Source of the DNA: Carcharhinus longimanus
Lineage: Eukaryota
DNA length: 64,000 bases
Reading direction: 5' to 3'
Assembly (NCBI GenBank): GCA_030264375.1
Contig: JASCQW010000163.1
Location: 21,495,899-21,559,898, forward strand
In this document: positions 25,570 through 37,799 of the stretch, in pieces
Numbering within the stretch: the first letter of the stretch is position 1
Layout: every line of letters starts with the position of its first letter
Program-made: the position numbers and the translations under genes
Notes under the pieces: model-generated
What the model was told of the DNA's origin: nothing
The model's database searches: none
Seen by the model: only the letters and a program-made list of their open reading frames with translations

Positions 25570-25772
25570 TTTCCCATCCACTTCACATATACTTTTTCTT
25601 TAAAGCTTAAAATTCAGTTTTGAATGTACCAGTTTACTCAGCCCTCCGAGAGAATTCCAAAGATTTGCCGCTCTCTGGACTGAAATTAGAAATTTCCCCA
25701 ATCCTGAAATTTTGACTCCTAGTTCTAGACTCTGTAGCAAGGGGAAACAGCCTCTCAGTATCTATCCTGTCA
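25570..25772 (-). mobile_element. CR1 3' fragment
   Basis: gagaattccaaagatt...ctagttctagactc...ggggaaacagcctctcagtatctatcctgtc. Confidence 0.7.
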
Positions 25773-28131
25773 GTATACTTTTAAATTATCAGTAAAATGC
25801 ATACACAATGAGTTGCAGAATCTTTTTGTTCTTTTACTCTCCCAAACAGAATTATTTTTGTAGCTTCCATAAAAGAGCCTTTACTGTACAGTTGAATTCT
25901 GAAATTTAAACTCTTTCCAGAAGTGACATTTAACATTGTACTGCATTAAATGTGATGTGATTGTGCACTTTGGTGAGAAGCACTATAAACACTATTCAGT
26001 AGAATATTAGTTAAGTGCACTGTATCCCTTTGAAGGTAAAGTTTTGCTTGGGTAAGGATATCAAAGGGATACAGAAAAAGGCTGATAAATCGGTGTCAGA
26101 TAAAGGTCATTTTAATGAACTGAATGGCCTACTGTTTTGTTTCTATATTTTTTCTTTGTTTAATAATTCATTTGTTTTCTGCCCAATATTTTTGCATATA
26201 ATTCTTACACAGTTCAAAAATGTCATACTTGATACACACATTTCTAAAGATGTACAAATCTGAAGTTAATTTTTTTTTCTTAAATGATTTGCTCTTGTCA
26301 AAACTCCAAAGCATGTTGGAGTCCTTTAAATTTTCACCCACTTGCTCACTCCAATTGTTATTAAAAACAATTTTAAATTTTTCCTTTTCATGGAACCACA
26401 TGTGCAAGAGAAAACAAGATGTATTGTTCCAGCACTGTTCAAGGGTGTGTCTTCAAAACCCCTTTTGCCACTATTATTTAAAGCAATTTCAACAATAAAT
26501 TGGACTTAATTACTGTAATGAGCAGGAACAAATAAGATGATGCCAAGATATTTGGCTAAAATAAGTGTGCACTTAACTCGAGTCACTTGGAACATGAAAT
26601 CAATTGAACAGTTTTCATTGTGGGGGTCAGTGAAAAATGTCAGCTATGTTATTTGTCAAAAGATATTTTTAGCATTTTCAAATCAAGCTCAGTAGCACTG
26701 TGATTAGTGCTGCATGCTTCTCGAGGTGAGAAATATATAATAGTATATCTTTTGGGCAACTGGTGCTAGCATTGGCCTTTTTCCACTGCACTGCAGAAAT
26801 GTTTGCTTATTTTGAACTTGGTGCACTCGGGTGAGTGTTTTCATTTCACGTATCATGCAGAGTGAGCTTTGTGCTAAATTAATGGGCAGTGTTTTGTCTG
26901 GTGGGCACCACCACAGCAAGAATTTGGCTGAAGCCCCATGCAGGGCCCGGTTAGCCAACAGAGAAGGTAGATTTTTATTTTAATGTTTAGATTTCAGAAG
27001 TGAAAGGGTAATATTTGGCTTGCAATAAATAAAATCACAGAGCCAATGATTAGATTAGAATCCACCAATATTTATAGATGGCTATAAATTGAATTAATTA
27101 TCTGAAAGTAAACCCATCTCAGATGTGATTCAGTTTAATGAGAGTAGATTTGACGGTCAAGTGGCCAACTATTTATGTTTCTATGTTTTGTTCTCTTCGT
27201 GTTTCAGTTTAATTGTTCTTTTGTTTTTGCCCAATATTTTTGCAGTGACTGTAAAGTTTTTTTTACTGGATTTACTGCTCAATTTATTCTTGTACATTAG
27301 GATTTATACAGTGCTGTTTTGCAAAATGTAAATTTGATTGCCGAGAAACACTTCTGCTGAATCTAACTTGTATGTTGGTAAATTTGTCTCAATTTAGATG
27401 ACTGAGTTTGCTGTAAATCAAGTGGAGGGGGACATAGTGGGGAGGTCTAAATAAAATTGGTATGGCTACACTATTAGGCACTCTAAATAAGCTAAAAGCT
27501 ACAAAGTGAAGTAATATTGGAAAAATTCAGAAATGTACTGAAGAAATAAATTGTTGGGATTCACGGGTGAATCAAAAAACAAGCATTAGAAAATTAGCAT
27601 GGGAAAAGGAAAAGGCATTCAAATCTCAGCATGGAACAGCTTCGACTGCTGAAATCATAAAATTATTTCAGATTAATTTTTTGGCAAGAAAAATCTTAGA
27701 AAGCATTACAGTATTTTTTTTGAGGGTGGGGGGTACAAGTCTATTTTATATTCTTCAAATATAGAAAGGAGAATTGGAGCGGAAATAAAAAAACATTTAG
27801 TCAAATAATTTGTGCTTTATTTGGATTATCAGTGCTGCTGTTTCAGGTCGCTTCACTCCCCTCACCAAGAGATCAGATGTTTAAACTTTATTCATAAAAT
27901 GCAATTGCAAAATGTTATCACAACTTCCAGACATGTGCATAACCTTTAGATCATTATGTAAGGAAATAAGGACTCTTGTTCTTTTCCCATTGTTAAGCAA
28001 CACGTGCAATTAAGCTTGGTGGTGCAACTTATGTTTTGCCTTTTTTCAATTAAATTTATAAATTGGGAGGTATCTGCAGAAGGGAATCTTGTGTAATTGA
28101 TTTGTAATTTTGTTCTTCTGTTGCTTTGCAG

Positions 28132-28232
28132 CAATTTGCAAAATTTGTGAATTGTCCTATGAATCTGAGCAAGTACTTCTGCAGCATATGAAAGACAATC
28201 ATAAACCAGGGGAAATGCCATATGTTTGTCAG
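28132..28232 (+). CDS. ZNF280D: ZNF280D exon (101 nt, 1-0): [34 protein letters not shown]
   Basis: ttgctttgcag|CA ... CAG|gtaatt. C2H2 finger. Confidence 0.97.
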
Positions 28233-28337
28233 GTAATTTTTCAGTTGCTGTTAGTAAATAAAGATTTGTTTGGCAAGTTTTTGTTAAAATTTACAATATT
28301 CTTCTGGTCATTCTTCCCCTGACCCCACCTTTTTTAG

Positions 28338-28484
28338 GTATGCAACTACCGGTCATCAGTTTATTCGGATGTGGATAACCATTTCCGCATTGTTCATGAA
28401 AATACCAAGCAGTTGCTTTGCCCTTTTTGCCTTAAGGTCATTAAAAGTGGAAATGCTTATGTTCAGCATTATATGAGACATCAG
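28338..28484 (+). CDS. ZNF280D: ZNF280D exon (147 nt, 0-0): [49 protein letters not shown]
   Basis: cctttttttag|GTA ... CAG|gtatgg. Two finger segments; not in the ORF track. Confidence 0.97.
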
Positions 28485-29198
28485 GTATGGTATTAATATT
28501 GATGTATATTCATAATTTATAAATGACTTTAATAATGTGATTTTCAGTTTCTCTTTTGAAAATGTACAATTAATTACACAGTTGCTGTTATTTTTGCATG
28601 CAGATTTGCTGCTTGCTGACTACTTAGAAAAGTATGACTCACGTGATTTGAGTCAGTTGAGGGAATTAGCTCAAGGGAGAAAAAATGCTCTCTTTGCATT
28701 AGATTTTCAAGTGCATGAAATACTGGTGAATGAGAGGAAGAATTGCATTTACCATAAGGGAAAAAGTAGGTCAGTAATCAGTTAGAGCATTATTGTTATT
28801 TTTGACACTTGCTGTTAGGTGTATTGAACATCTCAGTTTGTCACTGTCAGTGGAGAAATCTATTTGTGGCTTGTAGCAGGGCAATTTGAGCAGTCAGCAT
28901 TATCAGAAATCTACTTTTAGAATACAATGTTCAGTTATTCACTTTCTTTTGAATTGATTGGACTTTGCTGTTGAGAAGTTGATAGCAGTAACTTGACCAC
29001 AAACAATGCTACAATAAATTATGCTTGCTCTATTGCTTGAATATGAAAGTGCAAATTCTATTTGTAGAAAAAAACTTTTAAATTATACTGGCATAATATG
29101 TTTTGATCCTGCATGCCAATATTAAGGTACAGATCAGAAACCCCAAAGTATCTTATAAAGCCCAACTAAACCAAGTTTTTTTTTTATTTTGACATTAG

Positions 29199-30120
29199 TG
29201 TGAGGATGAAGTGTTTCACTCCAAGTAGACTCTGACGCACCAGAAAGTTTTTAGCAAAACTTTATTTAACAACACAATTAAATTATAACAAATAAATTAG
29301 TTTAACTTTTATTAATTGAAATGTTTAAACATGACAAGATACAATTCTTAACTGCTAATCTATCTCTTAGTTCCAATTCGAGCAATATTCCTCTTGTAGA
29401 CTTAAAGTTTTCACCAAAATTAGTTAGCGACAGACAGNNNNNNNNNNNNNNNNNNNNNNNNNNNNNNNNNNNNNNNNNNNNNNNNNNNNNNNNNNNNNNN
29501 NNNNNNNNNNNNNNNNNNNNNNNNNNNNNNNNNNNNNNNNNNNNNNNNNNNNNNNNNNNNNNNNNNNNNNNNNNNNNNNNNNNNNNNNNNNNNNNNNNNN
29601 NNNNNNNNNNNNNNNNNNNNNNNNNNNNNNNNNNNNNNNNNNNNNNNNNNNNNNNNNNNNNNNNNNNNNNNNNNNNNNNNNNNNNNNNNNNNNNNNNNNN
29701 NNNNNNNNNNNNNNNNNNNNNNNNNNNNNNNNNNNNNNNNNNNNNNNNNNNNNNNNNNNNACTTATTTCATAGTAACTTCATTACAGTGTTAACGGAGCA
29801 GCCTCCAGAGAGAGCAAGACAACTGTTACTTATTTCAGAGCCAAGCAGAAATTTACTTACTTTCCGTGTAAGTTTAGCTCTTCCCCTAATGCCTCAATGT
29901 CAATCTACCTAATCAATCATAATCCTAGTCTGAAACCAAATAAACAAAAATGCATTAACTCAGATTAAAACAAACATTTCCCTAGCTAGAATCAATCATT
30001 ATCCTGCATTCTCAGCATGTGAGCTAGACAAATCAGCAGCATATAAAACACAACTTAATTTTAAACAAACCCGTTACAAGAAACATGTCATAAAAACATG
30101 TAAGGCACAATATCATCACA
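29199..30120 (-). mobile_element. Probable solo LTR, containing a gap and a SINE-tail fragment
   Basis: Termini TGTGAGGAT...ATCATCACA (8/9 inverted match, TG..CA) and minus-strand AATAAA near 29262. No clean target-site duplication. Confidence 0.5.
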
Positions 30121-31676
30121 CCAATTAGACAAAAACTTAAGTGTAAAACATCATAGCTTCTTTATCCCAAATCTTTGGTAGGATACTGCAAGCATATCAT
30201 TAACAAAGTATGCGCTGAAAAGATGAGTATCATGCAGTATCTAAATAGGGCAATATAACTAATGTGTTATGCATTGAGAATCCTTTTAATAATGGGTAAG
30301 AATTCTATGTAATATACACCATTTATAGATTAATCATCTTTTTGAGTTGAAATATCTATATCAGAGAAACTATAGTTAAACTAAGCATTTTCACTGCAGA
30401 TGAGTACAGAGTGACCAAATGTTGGTGGGGGGAATAATTGAGGGATACTTAGGAGTAGGGTTGGGGGTGGCAAGACCTTCAGAGTGGGGTAGGATAGTGG
30501 GGTAATTGTGGCCATCATGCAACTTGCCCCAAATGTTTTAATGCTGACTTGGAAAAATAGTACTAAAAAGCTAAAACAAAAAAACACAGTATTTCTGGGT
30601 TTGATGCAAGTGCAGAAACAAAGCCTGGAGAGATGGAAGAAACCCAGGAATGCCTGACCTGGGACACAGAGCTAATAGGCAAATTACAGAACAGCCCAGG
30701 TAAATCCAGCATGGTTGAACAAAAAGCATTAACTCATCAAAGAAAATGCAAGCCTGCTATGAAAGAGAGGCTGAATTATGCATTGTGATTGTAATTTCAT
30801 TCATCTGGATTTAGACTTTGTGGGCATGATTGTGTGTAGTTAAGGTGACTGAGACAAGTTTTTAAACTTCAGGGGAAAATGAGAGATAATAAATAAGCCT
30901 TTGTTAAAGTTTGGGTAAAGGCTTGCTGCTGGGATTATTTAAGTTTAAACAAAAACAACTTGCACACATCTCGCATTCAAAACCCATTTGATCATAAAAG
31001 ACTTGAATTCTCTCCATGCTGGAAAACTGTGATAAGACCCAACTAAGTGGAATATTTGATGGTTGCAGTGATGTAAACGTTAAAACCAATCCATAGGATC
31101 ATTGACCACAACCTGAAAAAACAAAAAAAGAAAGTTATGTTAGAGAATGGAACAGTAGAGAAATTTTGTGGCAAACAACTGATCCATTTAGGCATTTGAA
31201 GAGATATGGAGCGTGATTGTAGACAGATTTCTCGTAGGCATGAACATTGTGGATGTTTGTGAAAGGGAAGAAGTCAGACTTTTATGTTCTGGAGGGAGTG
31301 TAAAAAGCTTGCAAGTTGGGACAGCTAACAATATGATATAATATGGGTTTGTACACAGTGGTAGGATTGCACGTCTACTTTTGTTTGTACATTACCAAAG
31401 GGGGTGAATTATTCATAGTGAACTACTGAGTCCCACAGTCTTAAATTCAAAAAGGAAGCTCTGTAAACTCTCGTGTATTCACAGCATTTCTGCTATTTTG
31501 TATCATGAAATGATAGGATTTGACTGAGCAGCTGTGAGCTCAACAGATGTGGAATTGCAATCCATTTGTCGGTGAACCACTGAATAAGGGTCTGGTGCTT
31601 TTCGTGGTTTTCTTATGATAGCAAGTGGTTTAAGGACTATCATTCCCTGTTCAAGACGTAGATGGAATGATACCAA

Positions 31677-31920
31677 AGAGAATTTGCTGGATTATCTCAG
31701 CATGTCTGGCAACATCTGCAAGGAGAGAAAAGAGCTGACGTTTCAAGTCCAGATGACCCTTTGTAAAAGCTAAAAGGCATAGAAAGTGGGAGATATTTAT
31801 AGTGCAGAATAAGGGAATGAAAGATGAGGCATAGCCACAGAAAGCAGTAGAAAAGGCTGCTAATGGTAGTCCATAGAGAGAATCAAGGATGTGAATGGCC
31901 AAACGGCAGAGAATGGAATG
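31677..31920 (-). mobile_element. Penelope-type terminal repeat fragment
   Basis: gctggattatctcagcatgtctggcaacatctg...gacgtttcaagtccagatgaccctttgt; related to 14225-14277 and 18090-18262. Confidence 0.65.
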
Positions 31921-32124
31921 GAGATGGAATAATGTTTTGCTCAAAGTGAGCGGTGAAATATGTAAACAAGTAAGTATTTGGGATTCGCAGCTTCTCTAGC
32001 CACAACCAATTACCTCCTTTCTTCAGACATTTTCACACTAACCAGCTCTATTTGGACCGTGTAAATTAGACGAAACCAGGATTCTCCTTTCAGAAAAGTT
32101 ACTTAATTTTTATTTCTTGTTCAG

Positions 32125-32259
32125 AAAAAAGGAGTTTACCGTTGCAGCAAGTGTAAACTTCAGTTCTTGACTTGTAAAGAGAAAATGGATCACAAAACAC
32201 AACACCATAGGACATTTCGAAAACCTATGCAGTTAGAAGGCCTGCCTCCTGGAACAAAG
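32125..32259 (+). CDS. ZNF280D: ZNF280D exon (135 nt, 0-0): [45 protein letters not shown]
   Basis: ttcttgttcag|AAA ... AAG|gtagag. Finger plus the LEGLPPGTK family motif. Confidence 0.97.
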
Positions 32260-33192
32260 GTAGAGTTTTGCTCTTTTCTTGGTGGTGCTTCTGAGAGATG
32301 TTGCAGAATATAACCACCTCATAATTTGGTCACAGGAGCATTTGATTTTAAATTTATCAGAAATGGTTTGTTTGTAATTTGTGAAGACATAAAAGATAGC
32401 TTGCTGGCGCAGTCACTTATTGTCATGTACATCACACACTTTTAATGTGTACCATATTCCCTGTTTTCATTTAATACTTGATTTTAAGTGAGAAAACAAA
32501 TTGTTTTTATCCCTTCAGGAAGGGAATTGAGCTGACGCAAGGACTGCAGTGCTGTTGCTCTAACTCTCTAATTCGTGTACCCACAAATGTGGCCAAAATC
32601 TGGGAATTCTGAATTTATTCTGTTGTCCATTTCAGTAATTGGGCCGTGAGATGTGCTGATGAGAATGATTCTTGCAGTACGGTGCTTGCATTCAGTTCAA
32701 GATGGTGCTTGTATTCAATTTTTTTATGTTGTGGTTACCTTCATACTTTTAAGCCACAAGTATACTTAACTTTATGATTGAGATATTTTCATTTTGATTA
32801 AACTGAAACTATGGAGTTGTTTTGGTTCGTCACGGTTTTTGCTTATTTATTTTTAGTAATGCAGCCTCTCATGCATTGAATTCCATAGTGATAGGATACA
32901 GATTACATCTCTCAATTCCACTACTTTCTTTGCCACCCTCCATATAAATGTGGAGAAGTTTGAATTGGACAGTGACTTATTTCTCCCTGCTCCCATACAC
33001 ACAGGCATGCACACAAGAAGTAAACTGTGTTCTTGTAGTGGATTCAGATTACCAAACACCACCCATCAGCAGAGAAACATTGCTCTTCAATTGATCTCAG
33101 ATTATGCCAATAGCATTTAGCACAAGTCTTTTATGATCAGAAAATGTACCTGTTTGGTCTTATGATCACATAGGAAGGTATCATTTTTTTTG

Positions 33193-33511
33193 TGGGCAGC
33201 ACAGTGGCTAGCACTGCTGCCTCACAGTGCCAGGGACCCAGATTTGATTCCCAGCTTAGGTCACTGTCTCTGTGGAGTTTGCATGTTCTCCCTGCATCTG
33301 TGTGGGTTTTCTCCAAGTGCTCTGGTTTCCTCCCACAGTTCAGATACATGCTGGTTCGGTGGATTGGCCATGCTAAATTGCCCATAGTGTCCTGTGATGT
33401 GCAGGTTAGAGGGATTCGTGGGGTTGTGGGAATAGGGCCTGGAGTAGGATTGTTGTTGGTGCAGACTTGATGGACCGAATGGCTGCCTTCTGCACCGTAG
33501 GGATTCTATGA
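33193..33511 (+). mobile_element. HE1-like V-SINE, tail A
   Basis: gggcagcacagtggctagc head; tail ttctgcaccgtagggattctatga. Confidence 0.92.
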
Positions 33512-34187
33512 TATATTGGCTCTAGAAACTTGCACACAAGCAGCAGAATAATTAAATCTTAGAGAATTTTAATTAATTTTTAAACAGCTGCAAATAATTT
33601 GAAATCATTTCAGGGAAAGTGAAACTACCTGTGAGTAATTTGTATTCTTGCTCATTCATATCGTTTTGGAAGCAGACATGCTTTCCTTACCCGCTCCTGT
33701 CTGTATGTGACACTACTCCTGCACTGTACTCTTGCCTGACATGGCCTATCAAGCCGTTCGGTCCTACCAGGAAGGTACCCATCATCATCTCTATCATTTT
33801 AGATCGAATTGACTCAGACAAAAGGCAAGAAAAACTCCCACTGATTCAAAGTCATTTATTCCTCCCAAGTATGTGTTGCATTCCATTATTTGTGTACTGT
33901 AGCCCAAAAAATCAGTTGCTGAATATTCAAAGTATTGTTATCACAGTTTGCCTGGCCACAGGTGGTCAGAAATCTGATGACCCTTTGGATTGCCTTAGGA
34001 AAACCATTTTGAAAAGCCAACAGCTAGGACATCTGTTCAAGCGATCATAGTTTTCAATATGTTGAATTCATTGCATAAGAGAAGATAGATAGTAGAAATT
34101 GCTCAATGTTTTCCTGATGATCTGAGCAATGGTATCACTGCTCCGCGTGGAAGTCCTACAGTCTTACGATTGATGTCTCTTTAACAG

Positions 34188-34435
34188 GTTACTATTCGTG
34201 CTTCCATGACACCGTATCAGGTGGGATCATCTTCCACACCTTCAGTTAACACTGCAAATGCACTCCAGTGCCCCTCATCAGTCACAGTAAACACTAAACT
34301 GCAATCACCAACTATAAGCAAAGTTAATACTGGAGGAAGTTCATTGCCAACACCATACTTTAAGCAAGGCGCAAAGAAAGAAATCCCAGCCAAAAAAATA
34401 ACCAAATCCTTTAACTTGGTGCTGCGATCTTTCAG
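34188..34435 (+). CDS. ZNF280D: ZNF280D exon (248 nt, 0-2): VTIRASMTPYQ...SFNLVLRSFR
   Basis: ttaacag|GTT ... TTCAG|gtaaat. VTIRAS continues the GTKVTIRA motif. Confidence 0.93.
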
Positions 34436-34669
34436 GTAAATTATGCCATGTTATTATGCATAACTAAAGAAAAATGAACAAACAATGTGTGAAGATAAAA
34501 TAATAACTGCTTCAGCTTCAGGATTTGTGTTAATTTCATCGAAAGCTACAACTTCTGAATGAGTTCATTTCCTCAATCTATTTGATCTGTTTGAATGTTT
34601 TTAGTCAAGTTTTGTAGGACAGACCAGAACTTTTATGCAATGTTTTCATATCATGGCTTAAATCCAAAT

Positions 34670-34910
34670 AGTGAATCACTTTAAATAGAAATCAAGTGAT
34701 GTAGGTAAACGTGGTAGTTATTTTGCGCAGTTGCGATCCTGCAAACAAAAAATGAGGAATGACTAATCTGTCAATTTTGTATTGTGTTGGTTTATGTGCA
34801 AATTATTGACCAGTGTGCCAGTCTTTCTGTTCATCAAATGGGATAACAGGGTATTTGACAACTACCCAGAGCACCTAAATAGGCAAGTGAAGTGTTGACT
34901 AACCAATTGT
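34670..34910 (-). mobile_element. Old SINE remnant resembling the Deu-domain (SacSINE1/AmnSINE1-like)
   Basis: Reverse complement reads ...tttgtttgcaggatcgcaactgcgcaaaataactaccacgtttacctacatc..., similar to the Deu-SINE core as recalled. Confidence 0.45.
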
Positions 34911-34929
34911 TGTCGTCCAAAATTTTGAA

Positions 34930-35635
34930 TTCCCACGTGAGATATGGGCAGCATTGATGAGGTCTGCATTTATTGCCCATTCTTGATTGACCTAGCGAAG
35001 GTAGTTCTGAGCTGCCTTCTTGAATCACAGTCCATGTGGTGCGGGTGCACCCACAGTGTTGCGAGAGAGGGAGTTCCAGAATTTCAACCCAGAGACAGTG
35101 AACGGCAATATATTTCAAAAGTAAGGATGGTGAGAGGCTTAGAGGAGAACTGCCAGATGGTGATCTTCCCATATGCTTGCTGTCCTTGTCCTTCTAGCTG
35201 GTAGTTGTTGTGGCTTGGAAGGTGCTTTGAGGAGACTGAGTTCCTGGCATGCATCATGTCAAAGATGCACACTGCTGTCGCTGTGCATCGGTGGTGGAAG
35301 AAGTGAATGGCACCCCATCCCTGAACAATCAGGTGGGCTGTTTTGTTGTGAATGGTGCCAAGCTTCTCATGTTGGAGCAAGTGGGGAGTATTCCATCACA
35401 TTCCTGACTTGTGCCTTGTAAATGGTGGATAGGTTTTGGGGAATTGGGAGGTGAGTTACTCACCACAGGATTCCTAGCTCTGACCTCATAGCCACAGTAT
35501 TTATACGTAAGGTTCAGTTTCTAATCCATGGTTTGAGCCTCTCCCAATGTTGATTGTGGGGACTTGAGCAATGGTAGTGCTATTAAATGTCAAGAGACGA
35601 AGGTTAGATTCTCTCTTGTTTGAGAAAGTGGCATT
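34930..35635 (-). mobile_element. CR1/L2-group LINE 3' portion
   Basis: Tail gcatttattgcccattc; C-terminal KLGTIHNKTAHLI and HHRCTATAVCI. Confidence 0.8.
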
Positions 35636-35782
35636 GTGACGGTTTTAATATGTCATGTTCTGAGTAAAAAAAATTTGGTATATCTGAGTATGAGAGAAAA
35701 GGGAAGCTATTTAATTTTTTTCACGATTGAACTTGTGTTTTTGTATCAGCTCTTAACTATGATGTTTCTTGGTTACTTACAG

Positions 35783-35923
35783 GGCCACACCTGGCGTTCA
35801 TAAATGTATCGAGTGTGACTCGGAAATTAAAGTATTTGCCAATCACTTTTCCACTTATGCCCATTGCTCATTTTGCCGATTCAGAAGTAGCTGCAATAGA
35901 TCTTATGTGGCTCACTTGAAAAG
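35783..35923 (+). CDS. ZNF280D: ZNF280D exon (141 nt, 2-2): ATPGVHKCIECDSEIKVFANHFSTYAHCSFCRFRSSCNRSYVAHLK
   Basis: ttacttacag|G ... AAAG|gtagga. HPZ-like finger of the ZNF280/POGZ family. Confidence 0.95.
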
Positions 35924-36916
35924 GTAGGATGTCTTTTTGGCAACCTTTTACCCAAATTAAATAAACTCCAAATTATTCTTGGGTCTTGGAGATCATTAAA
36001 ATAAATTTTTATTGCCACGTTAAATGATGCGGTGAAAAAAGTCCTCAAGTTGCTGAATACCTTTTCCCACACCCCCATTGTTTTCTTCTAAGATACTGAG
36101 TCCAAGGTAGTGTGTATTGCAGCTTTTGAGCATAAATGTTAGCAATTTTTTGTGTTCCTGTTGGCTTGATGCACACTTATCGATAGATTTTACGTGAAAG
36201 AGGAATGAGGCTTTGCAATTTAGAATTTTTATGTGCATCTAGGTCTTTAAGATGGGTGGACCAGATATTACAACAAATGTTAGCGTTTCACTACTCGTTA
36301 GTTATCATACAAGGATAGTGCACTGACGTAGTTATCATGTCTCTCCTATGATTAGAGATCAGCAGTCAGGTCATACACCAAAATGCTTTTTACTGATTGC
36401 AAGATTGCAACATGTCCCAGTGCCTAATTTTCACTCTCTCATCATAGTGGCAGGTAAATATCCAAAATCACAATAAATATGGGTGCTTTGATTTTACTCT
36501 GAAGTTTTAAAATCATTTTGTGGTTAAGTGCAAGTCTAGCCACATCAGATTTCTGTTGCTTAACTTCAAGAACCTGCAAGGTCTGAGATAGATAGATTTT
36601 CCTTCTTGACTCGCACAGATTTTGGTGGCCCAATCTTTCCTGCTCACTTTACTTTATAAACTGAAGTGAAATCAAAAACTACCTAAAAGCACTTTGATTC
36701 TTACCTCTTTGCAGTCAGTTGTTGACAAACTGTCTTCAAAAAATCATGTTAATTTGTGGTCATAGGATTTAAGAAAAACGAGTATATTGATATGAGATCA
36801 ATTTTATTGAAGTTTATTACTTTTTTAAAGTACTTTCACTAATATACAACTGATAAAATCTAAGTGGGCTATCACCTATCTCATTGTGGCCTTTTATTAT
36901 CTACTTTGTTTTGCAG

Positions 36917-36979
36917 GTTTCATACTGTTCCAAGTAAAAAACATTTTTTGATGTTCAGAGAATTTTCAAACAAATTGAG
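36917..36979 (+). CDS. ZNF280D: ZNF280D exon (63 nt, 2-2): RFHTVPSKKHFLMFREFSNKLR
   Basis: ctttgttttgcag|G ... TGAG|gtagga. Supplies the final His of the previous finger. Confidence 0.9.
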
Positions 36980-37799
36980 GTAGGAAATTCAGTATAATTT
37001 AAGTATAAATGTATCACCAAGAAAATTATACTGATGGTACCTATCAATCTGCCACATTTAAAGAATGGCAGTATATTTCTGATATGTAAAGCCTCATCAT
37101 AGGGTGTTTCAGTGAGCTGATGGGTAATGACAAAAGTGATGAAACCTCTGCATAAAAATTAGCTATCGCCCAATTTAAAAGAAAAACATTAAATGAATCA
37201 AGTTCACGTTAAATTGGGCCGTAAGTGGGTGACTTCTGTATTAGTGTCGCAGTGAATAGCAAATCTTAATAGATTGGATTTGATGTTGTCCACTGCTGCT
37301 ATGTAAAGGTCACAGCATTTCTTCTATTAAAACACAGCTGATTGGTTTAGTTATTGCTTCTGTTTTATGCAGAAGCAAGCCAGTGGCAAAATTGTTAGCA
37401 GAGGTTGGGAAATGTTCAATTGATTTCACTTCCATCTATGGCTGAGCATGGTTAACTTTAGTTATGAAATATTGCAGCCTTCTTTGACATGTTCTTTGCA
37501 AAAATATGCCTTTTGCTTCCAAACTGTTACATGCAGGGCAGAAGTATAGTCACTTCCCACTCCTTCCCCCTCTCCACAGCATCCCAGCAAGGTGATTTGT
37601 TTTGAATTTTGACTAAAACAGAAGAGTTATTAGCACACAACAGACCCCCTTTTTTGAGCCAAGCAGAATGCCGCAGCATTGAAAATCGGTCCAAAATATT
37701 AGTGTATTAATAGTGCATTTCTGTATTTAACTTCTGTTTGTGGAATTTCCTTGCTAAACCTTTTTGTTGCTTGAAACTCAAGTGCACTTATTCCTTTTT

